NCBI GenBank assembly: GCA_041736175.1
Contig: JBGSUI010000204.1
Coordinates: 1 to 11,009 of the forward strand
Direction of reading: 5' to 3'
Origin: Oligoflexales bacterium
Lineage (GTDB): Bacteria; Bdellovibrionota_B; Oligoflexia; Oligoflexales; CAIYRB01
Length of the DNA stretch: 11,009 nt
Part shown: positions 1 through 8,069 of the stretch, piece after piece
Numbering within the stretch: the stretch's first letter is position 1
How the letters are laid out: each line of letters starts with the position of its first letter
The notes under the pieces: model-generated
Told to the model about the DNA's origin: nothing
The model's database searches: none
The model's input: the letters and a program-made list of their open reading frames with translations, nothing else
Program-made: the position numbers and the translations under genes

Positions 1-132
1 TCTCAAGGGCTTGATTATAATCATTGCGTGATGGGGGCGGTCTAAACATCCTCCTTGGGAAACATGCAATGCTAAACAATTGAGCAAAATTTCCATGGAA
101 ATATTTGCGTCGATCTCTACGAATTATCGTGA

Positions 133-762
133 TTGCCCTCAAATCAAATGTTAGATATTCTGGATAACAATCCACAAGTTCAGAAAATAGCTACCAGAGA
201 TTCACTTAAACCGGGGGATATGATGGTCTACTGGACCCCCAATGGGAACAAACGTGACATTCCTCACGCACAAGTTTATCTTGATAAAGGAATTTTATTT
301 GAAAAAGAGAATCGCGGTCCCAATAACTTTAGAATGTTTTATAATCCCGTAGTACGTAACGATAATGCGGATGATCTAAAATTATTGATCTATAGATTTA
401 ATCGCAATAGCCCCCTGAAGGGAACGGATATATTCGGAAACGAATATTTAAAAACACCTCTTATCTTTGTGTCTTCTCCCTATATCTTTGATGATCTTGG
501 CCGTGCGAGCTTAAGTTTGCCGGAGGAGACCAGGGCGACCGCAACCAATAATCCTGTTAATCCTAGTGGAACCAATTCGAATACAAATACGGATACGAAT
601 ATTTCGAACACCAGCTCCCTTCCGGCAAATCCCAGTGGGACAAACGAAGTCTTACCGGCCATGACCGAAGGCTGTGATTACACCGATGCAGGCAAGCCGG
701 AAAATATGGGTTACGGATATAACCCCAATTTGCAAAAATCTTGCGCACCCAAAAGCAGTTAA
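133..762 (+). CDS. Hypothetical protein, probably the 3' part of a disrupted gene: papain/NlpC-P60-like motifs, low-complexity linker, C-terminal C-x22-C module
   Basis: 209-aa ORF containing LKPGDMMVYW...IPHAQVYLDKGILFEK (PGD plus His-x-x-hydrophobic-Y pattern of NlpC/P60-like folds), then an N/T/S/P-rich linker with NPSGTN twice, ending CDYTDAGKPENMGYGYNPNLQKSC. The TTG start directly follows an in-frame TGA (130-132), no RBS is evident, and an alternative ATG lies at 148. Confidence 0.55.
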   Translation: MPSNQMLDILDNNPQVQKIATRDSLKPGDMMVYWTPNGNKRDIPHAQVYLDKGILFEKENRGPNNFRMFYNPVVRNDNADDLKLLIYRFNRNSPLKGTDIFGNEYLKTPLIFVSSPYIFDDLGRASLSLPEETRATATNNPVNPSGTNSNTNTDTNISNTSSLPANPSGTNEVLPAMTEGCDYTDAGKPENMGYGYNPNLQKSCAPKSS

Positions 763-790
763 TGGATACAATTGCCTCTCCCAGAGAGGA

Positions 791-842
791 GGAGAGTGAG
801 GGAACGATCTTCCCTCACTCTAAAGACAAAATAAACTAAACT
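791..842. repeat. 52-bp direct repeat, copy 1, with a perfect 12-bp stem-loop
   Basis: GGAGAGTGAGGGAACGATCTTCCCTCACTCTAAAGACAAAATAAACTAAACT matches 2896-2947 at 50/52. Stem AGAGTGAGGGAA (793-804) pairs with TTCCCTCACTCT (810-821), loop CGATC. Confidence 0.95.
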
Positions 843-881
843 GATAAACGCCGAGCGATAGAGCCATTAAGATGATGAATA

Positions 882-2642
882 TCAGATTCTTCGGTGCCAA
901 AGCACGACCGATCCGATAATGCCAATAACAAACAATCCGAGACCCAATCTTAATCCTGGTGGAAAAAAAGAAAACTCGACAATATTTCCTGCGCCCTTTT
1001 GAAGCAAAAAATAGTGATGACCCTTTTTTTCATCCCAAATCAAACTTTCTCCATTGCCTGTCCAACCTTCCGAGAAGTTTTGATTGAGATAAACTCTAAT
1101 TGGAGCATTTGTCACGCGGTTGACTTCAGCAACTATTTGGTTGGGAGTAAACTTTGAATGAACGTCTGTTTTCTGGCCGACAAAAACTACTGGCAGTTCA
1201 GAATTAAACCTACGAATCAACTGTAGCGGCTCGTAGCATTGAACATGCATTGTATCATTAAACAGATTTCGCAACATCGCTACATTATCGTGTAAAGGTG
1301 CGCCCGTGGAATCATACCTCAATACATCTACGCCTTTTCCAGCTTTAAATTCATGTGCTAGTGGCTCTTTATCAAATGCTCCCACAAAATGCTGTTTATT
1401 TACGATATATAGATCATAGGTAGCCAAGGTAGCAGTAACACCTACTACCATTCTTAGCTTGAATGATTGAGCTAAAAAATGGTCTATTTTTAATTGTGAT
1501 AAGAATGACCCGATGACCAAGCTACCAAAAAGACCCACTAAGATAGTATATCTTGTCGGACAACGAAAACCCGAGTATATTGGCAAATTTTTGACTAACG
1601 ATGCTGGAGATAGAGCTGAGAAATCACCTGCTGCTAGCGCTATAGATAAAAAAACCAATAAACAAAAATATAGAGATAAGTCGTCATTTTTTTTTGAAGT
1701 TGCCTCCCGGTAAGTAATAGTAACCATAAAACCAATAACCAGCAGCACTCCAAGAATACCAAGATAGTTGCCGTATTCCCACCAACCAAATTGCTGGTTG
1801 GAATATACAAAGTCCATACTTTGATTTCTATTTGTGTAGATATTTACTAAGATTTCATTGGTGATGAATTCAACCGGAGTAAATAATCTGTCGTCTACAA
1901 AATCCTTGCTGACCAAGAAATATAATACTGGGATCAACTTTGGACTTGAAATTGCAATGGTTGGTATTATTACAGCGAATAATGCTTTTAATGGTAAGAA
2001 TTGTTTGATCTTTAATGAGCGATATAGTGCTAAAATCCCCAGAAGGATATACAACATAGCTAAAGAATGAATACCACCGTTATAAATAGCTAGGGCACTC
2101 CAAGCTGCCGCTTTAAATGCTTGGTTGTATTTATATTTTTCGTTGATCTTAAAGTAATGATAAACAATCCAAGGAAGATAAAAAAATGGCAAAAATGTGC
2201 TATGTCCGACCTTAATATGCAAAGCTAATGATCCGCTAAAAACAAAAAATGCTGCTAAATATAAAATAAGTGGAAAATATTTCAATTTTAACAGGCGTGT
2301 ACATAGGAAATGCATACCTAAAAATCCACAAAAATAGTGCAGAACTATGCTTATTTTGACAGCAATGACAAAAGGAAAAAATACTCCCAAAATGTAAACA
2401 GGTGTCAATATAGCCACTTGAGGGTTTTGCCATAAAACATTGCCTCCGCAATACCATGGGTTCCAAAATGGCCATTGATGGTATTCAATCACACTCTTAA
2501 GTACACTTGCATAGTAAAATTGGTGCTGATCCCAATCGTGATTTCCCAAACCATAGACATTGTCAAATAGAGACAAACAGAAGGTTATGCTTAAGAAAGC
2601 ATAAAAAGCATATACCAAAATTTTACGTAATTCAGTTTGCAA
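882..2642 (-). CDS. YfhO-like / GT-C-fold polytopic membrane protein (putative lipid-carrier-dependent glycosyltransferase)
   Basis: 586 aa with many hydrophobic segments. After TM1 comes an acidic loop DWDQH, then WPFWNPWYCGGNVLWQNPQ (the PxWNPxxxxG motif typical of YfhO-like proteins). Also WWEYGNYLG, FRCPTRY, a C-terminal soluble domain with LNQNFSEGW and a final TM helix. TTG start with AGGT about 11 nt upstream. Confidence 0.75.
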   Translation of the reverse strand: MQTELRKILVYAFYAFLSITFCLSLFDNVYGLGNHDWDQHQFYYASVLKSVIEYHQWPFWNPWYCGGNVLWQNPQVAILTPVYILGVFFPFVIAVKISIVLHYFCGFLGMHFLCTRLLKLKYFPLILYLAAFFVFSGSLALHIKVGHSTFLPFFYLPWIVYHYFKINEKYKYNQAFKAAAWSALAIYNGGIHSLAMLYILLGILALYRSLKIKQFLPLKALFAVIIPTIAISSPKLIPVLYFLVSKDFVDDRLFTPVEFITNEILVNIYTNRNQSMDFVYSNQQFGWWEYGNYLGILGVLLVIGFMVTITYREATSKKNDDLSLYFCLLVFLSIALAAGDFSALSPASLVKNLPIYSGFRCPTRYTILVGLFGSLVIGSFLSQLKIDHFLAQSFKLRMVVGVTATLATYDLYIVNKQHFVGAFDKEPLAHEFKAGKGVDVLRYDSTGAPLHDNVAMLRNLFNDTMHVQCYEPLQLIRRFNSELPVVFVGQKTDVHSKFTPNQIVAEVNRVTNAPIRVYLNQNFSEGWTGNGESLIWDEKKGHHYFLLQKGAGNIVEFSFFPPGLRLGLGLFVIGIIGSVVLWHRRI

Positions 2643-2693
2643 CGACGACTTTATACCTGTTTTTTTAAAACAATGAAGTCACAATTATTCAGT

Positions 2694-2713
2694 GGTCACT
2701 GTTATCAGTGACC
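2694..2713. promoter_or_regulatory. Perfect 8-bp inverted repeat, candidate operator upstream of the YfhO-like gene
   Basis: GGTCACTG-TTAT-CAGTGACC, 51 bp upstream of the TTG start at 2642, in an otherwise AT-rich spacer. Confidence 0.5.
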
Positions 2714-2895
2714 CGATCGTAACATAGTCAAGAAACAACCTCAATCTCAGTAAGGTCGAACATTTTTAAATAATTGGATTTTTACCTAAAGTTTACTTAT
2801 ATTTTTAATTTGTTAATAATATTTATTTTACATGATTTTTTATTTAACTAATATGCTTAGTTGGTAAGGTAAAATTTGTACCCCTTAGCCTTAAG

Positions 2896-2947
2896 GGAGA
2901 GTGAGGGAAGGATCTTCCCCCACTCTAAAGACAAAATAAACTAAACT
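2896..2947. repeat. 52-bp direct repeat, copy 2, with stem-loop, immediately 3' of the fadN-like stop codon
   Basis: GGAGAGTGAGGGAAGGATCTTCCCCCACTCTAAAGACAAAATAAACTAAACT, two substitutions versus copy 1. One base (2948) separates it from the stop codon at 2949-2951. Confidence 0.95.
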
Positions 2948-2948
2948 T

Positions 2949-5369
2949 TTAGTTTTTGAGAGCTTGACCATTTTTAAGCATATACTCGATACGCTCGATG
3001 GTTTTAGGCTGCTGGCAGAGTTCCACAAAGTAAATGCGCTCTAAATCCAAAAAGTCTGCCTCGCTGCGCAGGGACCCTTCAGGAACTTCGCCACCGCATA
3101 AGATCCTGGCAACTCGGGTGCCGATAAACTGATCATAGGGAGTCCATTGACCAGACTCGATAAGTTGTTCCATGGCTTTTTCCATCACGCTTATGCCTTT
3201 TTGGCCGATGACTTTGACCTTTTGGCGGGGGATTTTGGGCTGAAATCCTTGGGCATCCAGACTGAGAGCCAAGGATTTGGCCTTCCAGGTGAGATGCTCC
3301 CTGGACAATGAAACTTTGGCGTTTAGGGGTGCATAGAGGCCCATCTCCAAAGCTTCGAATCCGGAGGTTGATTTTCGGGCAAGAGCAATCAACCAAAAGG
3401 CCTTGAGCAAGAACGGCAGGGGATCTCCCGTCTCTGTAAACTTGGCCCAGTCGTAGGCCCTAAGGGCCAGCTCTTTGGTCCCCCCACCCGCAGGCAATAG
3501 TCCAACCCCCGCCTCCACAAGACCGGCGATAGTTTCTGCTCCGATCACCTGGGCCGACGTGTGGAGAGAGACTTCGCACCCACCCCCTAGGGTCAAACCT
3601 GTGGGACAGGCGACTATGGGGAAAGGTGCAAATTTAAGCCGACACATCGTCTGATGAAAGGCTTTTTCCATGGTGTCGATATAGGCAAACTTTTTACTAT
3701 TGATAGCCGCCATAAAATCGCGGATATCAGCCCCGGCCGAAAAATGCGGCCCGTCATTGCTGATCACAAGAGCTTTAAAGTCGCTAACGACTTTATCTAG
3801 ACTCTTTTCGATCAGATCAGTGATCTGGGGATTAACGGTGTTCATTTTAGAGTGGAACACAAGACAAGCCACCCCGTCTTTTAAGTCCACTAAACTGGCA
3901 CTGGCGTTTTTAAAGACAATCCGTGGGTCCTCTGTGGATTCATGGAGGGGGAGACGAAACTCATAGGACCTAGGGGTCGACGGGATCATCTTTGTGGATT
4001 CTTGCCCCTTCACCGGTGCCTTCAGGGTGCTTTGAACTCCATGGCCTTCCATCTGATAAAAAGTAAGATTTGGTTTAAGCCAAGACCCCATGACCACTTT
4101 GTCAGCCTTCATCCTTTGGAGGACAGCGTCATAACCAAGGGCTTGCCACAATTCAAAGGGACCCATTTGCCAGTTAAATCCCCAGCGCATCGCCTCATCT
4201 ACAGCCCGCACGTTTCCATCAGCGATAGGGCCCACAAAGTAAGAAGCATAGGCAAATAGATCTCGCAGATTGCGCCACACAAATTCGGCACCAGGGTCTT
4301 GATGGGATAAAATAGTCTTGATTCGTTTCACTATGTCTTTTTGTTGTTTTGCTTCCTGAAGCCATGGATAGGGCGCAATCTCAAGGGGGGCATAATCTTG
4401 GAGCTGGGACCTATAGGCCAATATTTTGGTGGCTCCTGTTGCGTCTTTAGTTTTTTTATAAATGCCCAGACCACCGGCTTTTTGTCCTAAATGACCCCTT
4501 TCGACTAAATTGGCAAACCAAGGAGGCGGCAAAAACCACGACCTATAGGGGTCGGCCTCGTCATATTTGTAGTTATTCATAGCCACCGCTGCACCGGTGT
4601 CTAGACCGACGATATCAGCCGTCCTAAAAGTCGCAGATTTAGACCGTCCTATTAAAACTCCGGTTAATTCGTCGACGGTCTCGACGTTGATACTAAGCTC
4701 TTCCATAGCCCGCATGGCCGAGTGGCTACAAAAAGTCCCGATACGATTTGCTATAAAATTGATGGTGTCGTTGGCAATCACCACGCCTTTTCCGAGGTTT
4801 TCTTCTGACCACTCGGCAAATGCCTTGAGTTGTTTTAGATCCGTGGACTCAAAAGGAATCAACTCCAAGAGTTTCATATAACGGGGAGGATTAAAAAAAT
4901 GGGTGCCAAAAAAGTTTTTGTGAAAAGAACTGGGTAGAGATTCTGCTATTTTTTTAAGAAAAATCCCAGAAGTATTGGTAGAAACGATGGCGTCCGGATT
5001 GAAAGACGGGGCGAGGGCCCTAAATAGATTGTGTTTGATATCGACTCGCTCGGCGACGGCCTCGATGATCCACTGGCAGGAGGCTAGGTGGCCGCGGTCG
5101 TCTTCGAAGTTGCAGGCTTCGATGGCATCAAGATGCTCCTGAGAATACAGGGGTGAAGGCTTTAGTTTGCTGAGCTTTTGAAGACTCTGCAAAGATTTTT
5201 GTGATCTTTGGGCTTTAAACTCTGGACTACCAACCACAAGGGTTTTATCAAGGGCCGTCGGTAGATCATAAAGAAAAACCCGCAGACCGGCCGCACTAAG
5301 CAGGCTGGCGATCTGAGCCCCCATCACCCCTGAACCTAAAACCGCGACTTTTTGTATTTTCATCGACAT
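2949..5369 (-). CDS. fadN: 3-hydroxyacyl-CoA dehydrogenase / enoyl-CoA hydratase, FadN-type domain order (dehydrogenase N-terminal, crotonase C-terminal)
   Basis: NAD-binding VAVLGSGVMG, IIEAVAE, STNTSG, catalytic HFFNPPRYMKLLE, FIANRIG, MRWGFNWQMGPFE. Crotonase motifs FSAGAD, LGGGCE and GLVEAGVGLLPAGGG. RBS GAGGTG at 5380-5375. Alternative ATG at 5363 forms an ATGA overlap with the upstream gene's stop. Confidence 0.93.
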   Translation of the reverse strand: MSMKIQKVAVLGSGVMGAQIASLLSAAGLRVFLYDLPTALDKTLVVGSPEFKAQRSQKSLQSLQKLSKLKPSPLYSQEHLDAIEACNFEDDRGHLASCQWIIEAVAERVDIKHNLFRALAPSFNPDAIVSTNTSGIFLKKIAESLPSSFHKNFFGTHFFNPPRYMKLLELIPFESTDLKQLKAFAEWSEENLGKGVVIANDTINFIANRIGTFCSHSAMRAMEELSINVETVDELTGVLIGRSKSATFRTADIVGLDTGAAVAMNNYKYDEADPYRSWFLPPPWFANLVERGHLGQKAGGLGIYKKTKDATGATKILAYRSQLQDYAPLEIAPYPWLQEAKQQKDIVKRIKTILSHQDPGAEFVWRNLRDLFAYASYFVGPIADGNVRAVDEAMRWGFNWQMGPFELWQALGYDAVLQRMKADKVVMGSWLKPNLTFYQMEGHGVQSTLKAPVKGQESTKMIPSTPRSYEFRLPLHESTEDPRIVFKNASASLVDLKDGVACLVFHSKMNTVNPQITDLIEKSLDKVVSDFKALVISNDGPHFSAGADIRDFMAAINSKKFAYIDTMEKAFHQTMCRLKFAPFPIVACPTGLTLGGGCEVSLHTSAQVIGAETIAGLVEAGVGLLPAGGGTKELALRAYDWAKFTETGDPLPFLLKAFWLIALARKSTSGFEALEMGLYAPLNAKVSLSREHLTWKAKSLALSLDAQGFQPKIPRQKVKVIGQKGISVMEKAMEQLIESGQWTPYDQFIGTRVARILCGGEVPEGSLRSEADFLDLERIYFVELCQQPKTIERIEYMLKNGQALKN

Positions 5370-6265
5370 TGAGACACCTCAAGGAAACTAGGGTTAGAAA
5401 CCAATGGCTGACGCCAACGCATCACATGGGGAACATTGTCATCAAGCCAATAACTTGTTTCGGGAGTGACCACTAAAAGCTCTTCAAACTTAACCCCTGC
5501 CACATTATCTCCCCACCGCGCCCCAAAATGCGGCTCAACAGCCCAGACACCTACTGTGGGCCGATGGTCTGATACTTTGCGTCCATTCCAATAGGGCGAC
5601 ATCGTTGGAAACTGTTTAGATAGAGCCTTTTTTTCTAAAAGAAAATCAACCGCAGATTCCCCAAATCCCTGGGCCATAGCCCGATCATCCCAAGACAAGG
5701 ATCTCCGCCCATTTTGATCTGATGGATGGGTATAATCCACTAAATGACCGATCACTCCAGCCGGATAACGATGGTGGCAAGCCACATAGCCTTTTTGTTC
5801 GATCCAACGGTCAATTTCCTGGTAAATCTGCTCCATGGTGTCACCTTGGTTGAGCCGCCTCGGGATTAGATCTCTTAGGTCAGCAAGCTCTTGGCAGAGT
5901 CGGTCGACCAGGGGGTTGGTCCCAAAAGAAGTCGTGTATCCAATATCGGAAGCATATCCTTCGAAGATAGGAGCGACGTCGAGGATGACCGCCATACCGT
6001 CTTTAAGACCGATGGATGTGGGTAAAAATTCTGTGTCACTCCAGTGGGGACTAAGCAAAGTTCTTTCTCCAAACCAAACAAAAGGCCCATGGAAATAGCG
6101 ATCAACCCCACGAGAGCCGAGAAAAGACCGCATCAACTGGGCTACGTCCTTTTCTGTCATGCCCGCCACCAACTGGTCTTTTACAGCCAACACACATTGG
6201 TAGGCTAAAGCCTGGGAGTTTTTGACTCCTTGGAGTGCCGCATCAGACCAAGGCTTCGATTCCAT
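5360..6265 (-). CDS. Stand-alone M24-family (pita-bread fold) metallopeptidase/amidohydrolase
   Basis: GMTEKDVA N-terminal motif and all five metal ligands in the expected order: D-x10-D (LDVAPIFEGYASDIGYT), H (VIGH), E (WAVEPH), E (GVKFEELLVV). No N-terminal creatinase/prolidase domain. RBS AAGGAA at 6277-6272. Confidence 0.85.
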   Translation of the reverse strand: MESKPWSDAALQGVKNSQALAYQCVLAVKDQLVAGMTEKDVAQLMRSFLGSRGVDRYFHGPFVWFGERTLLSPHWSDTEFLPTSIGLKDGMAVILDVAPIFEGYASDIGYTTSFGTNPLVDRLCQELADLRDLIPRRLNQGDTMEQIYQEIDRWIEQKGYVACHHRYPAGVIGHLVDYTHPSDQNGRRSLSWDDRAMAQGFGESAVDFLLEKKALSKQFPTMSPYWNGRKVSDHRPTVGVWAVEPHFGARWGDNVAGVKFEELLVVTPETSYWLDDNVPHVMRWRQPLVSNPSFLEVSQCR

Positions 6266-6284
6266 AGAAGGTTCCTTTCAGGTG

Positions 6285-8069
6285 TTAGGTTTCAAAAATA
6301 ACAGCTTCCTGGGTCTCGTATACGGACTGGATAAACGCAGCTTTTTGTTGTTGGACCACAGATCTTTTCACTTTAAGAGTCGGGGTCAAACAGCCATTCG
6401 CCACCGACATAGGATCGCTTAACACCCCAATCCTTTTTATGGATTCAAAACTGGCAAGACCGCCATTGATACTTTCAAGATAACTGCTGAGCTTGGCTCG
6501 AACCTCTGTCTTGTCATGGATCATTTGGTCTTCGAGAGACACAAGCGCCACACAAAACTTATGGGAATCACCGATAACAACCACATCGCGGATAAAGGGG
6601 AGATCCTTAAACTTGTTTTCGATGGGAACAGGCGCAATAAACTTACCACCGGAGGTTTTTATCAGCTCCTTTTTCCGCCCCACAATACGAAGTTTTCCCT
6701 GGGCGTCTTGGGTACCGAGGTCCCCTGTTGCAAACCAGCCGTCTTGTGACAGAACTTCACTCGTACCCTTGGGATCAAGATAATAACCTTGAAACATCCA
6801 AGGTGCCTTGAATAAGATCTCGCCGTCCTGGGCTATACGGAGTTTATTAAAGGGAAAAGGCACGCCACAGGTCCCCAGGACGACGTCATCAGCATGATTG
6901 AGTGTGCCGAAAGTAAAGTTTTCCGTCAGACCGTAAACCTCTCGAATCGTAAGTCCAAAGCTGGCGAAAAAGCGCATCAACTCCGGCCTAAAGGGAGCGG
7001 CACCCGTGGCCAAAATCCGGCAGCAGTCGAGACCCAGTTTTTGGCGCAAGGACCTCCCTACCAAGAGGTCCGAAAATCGCGCTAAAGGATGGTTTTGTCG
7101 CCCCTGACGCACCCGGTCTCCCTCGATGCGGATCGACCCAGCTTTCAGTGCAATTTGGAAAACTCTCCTAGATAGAGGACTTTTTTTGGTCACTTCAGCC
7201 AGAATACGCTCGTGCATTTTTTCCCAAAGTCTAGGAACACACATAAACACCGTAGGCCGACATTGGCGCAGATCAGGTCCAATGGTATCGAGACTGCGTG
7301 CAAAATAAACCTCACCACCACAGAGGATCGAGCCGACTTCGATCAAAATCCTTTCTGCCACATGACTTAATGGCAAAAAGGAAAAAAATCGGTCCTGAAC
7401 TGGAGGCCGTTTAGGATCAAAGCCTGGTTGAGCGCTGGGGACTAAGATTTCCTGGTCTACTTTGAGAGCCCAGGTAAAATTGCCATGGGAATGCATCACC
7501 CCTTTGGGCTGCCCTGTAGTCCCTGAAGTGTAAATGATCGTTGCCAGGTCCTCGGGATTTGCAGCCACGGGACTCGTGAGCCTGTCTCTATGTTGCTGCA
7601 GGATCGTGGTCCATTGGTGGACTCTATCGTCCATAGCATTTTCCGCAGCCGAGTCATGGGGTGCTGGGTCAAAGGTAACCACCGACGTAAAAGGGTGCTC
7701 CAGGAGACCTTTAGCCCTTGATAAGCTATCCGTAAAGAGAACGCAGACTCCAGCATGCTGTAGAATATAGGCCATATCATGGACCGTTGCCGTTGGGTAA
7801 ATAGGAACCGATACGGCTCCTATCGAGAGGATCGCGAGGTCTGCGACAAGCCATTCATGGCGGTTAGGCGAGATTAGGGCCACTCGATCACCCTGTTTAA
7901 GGTTGCCACCTTCTTTTGACTTGAGCCAGCTGGCGATCGTACCGACTTCGTCGAGATAAGCTCTCCAATCCTTAGTGATCCACTGATTATTAATGCCATC
8001 AAAAAAAGTCAACGCTGGCAATGGACCTAGCTCTTTCGCTTTTTGAAAGAATAGCTCAGGGAATCGCAT
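6285..8069 (-). CDS. fadD: Long-chain-fatty-acid--CoA ligase (AMP-dependent synthetase, FAA1/FadD15-like)
   Basis: AMP-binding loop IIYTSGTTGQPKGVMHSH, SFLPLSHVAER, VPRLWEK, VYGLTE, GWFATGDLG, GRKKELIKTSGGKFIAP and LTPTLKVKR (catalytic Lys). RBS GGAG at 8081-8078. Confidence 0.93.
   Translation of the reverse strand: MRFPELFFQKAKELGPLPALTFFDGINNQWITKDWRAYLDEVGTIASWLKSKEGGNLKQGDRVALISPNRHEWLVADLAILSIGAVSVPIYPTATVHDMAYILQHAGVCVLFTDSLSRAKGLLEHPFTSVVTFDPAPHDSAAENAMDDRVHQWTTILQQHRDRLTSPVAANPEDLATIIYTSGTTGQPKGVMHSHGNFTWALKVDQEILVPSAQPGFDPKRPPVQDRFFSFLPLSHVAERILIEVGSILCGGEVYFARSLDTIGPDLRQCRPTVFMCVPRLWEKMHERILAEVTKKSPLSRRVFQIALKAGSIRIEGDRVRQGRQNHPLARFSDLLVGRSLRQKLGLDCCRILATGAAPFRPELMRFFASFGLTIREVYGLTENFTFGTLNHADDVVLGTCGVPFPFNKLRIAQDGEILFKAPWMFQGYYLDPKGTSEVLSQDGWFATGDLGTQDAQGKLRIVGRKKELIKTSGGKFIAPVPIENKFKDLPFIRDVVVIGDSHKFCVALVSLEDQMIHDKTEVRAKLSSYLESINGGLASFESIKRIGVLSDPMSVANGCLTPTLKVKRSVVQQQKAAFIQSVYETQEAVIFET

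Noticed and set aside
43..132. Stop-codon reassignment or selenocysteine readthrough upstream of ORF 133-762
   Set aside because: Both TAA and TGA interrupt the frame, and TAA, TGA and TAG all terminate ordinary genes elsewhere in the window.
791..842. Repeat hairpin as a canonical rho-independent terminator
   Set aside because: No U-tract follows the stem on either strand. It may still influence 3' ends, but it is not called as a terminator.
2755..2880. Extremely AT-rich stretch as a replication origin or ncRNA
   Set aside because: No DnaA-box cluster, iterons or stable structure seen. It is more simply promoter-proximal AT-rich DNA of the foreign segment.
791..2947. Repeats as a CRISPR array or integron attC sites
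   Set aside because: Only two copies about 2.1 kb apart, no spacer-sized intervals or cas genes, no proper RYYYAAC/GTTRRRY core pair and no integron integrase in the window.
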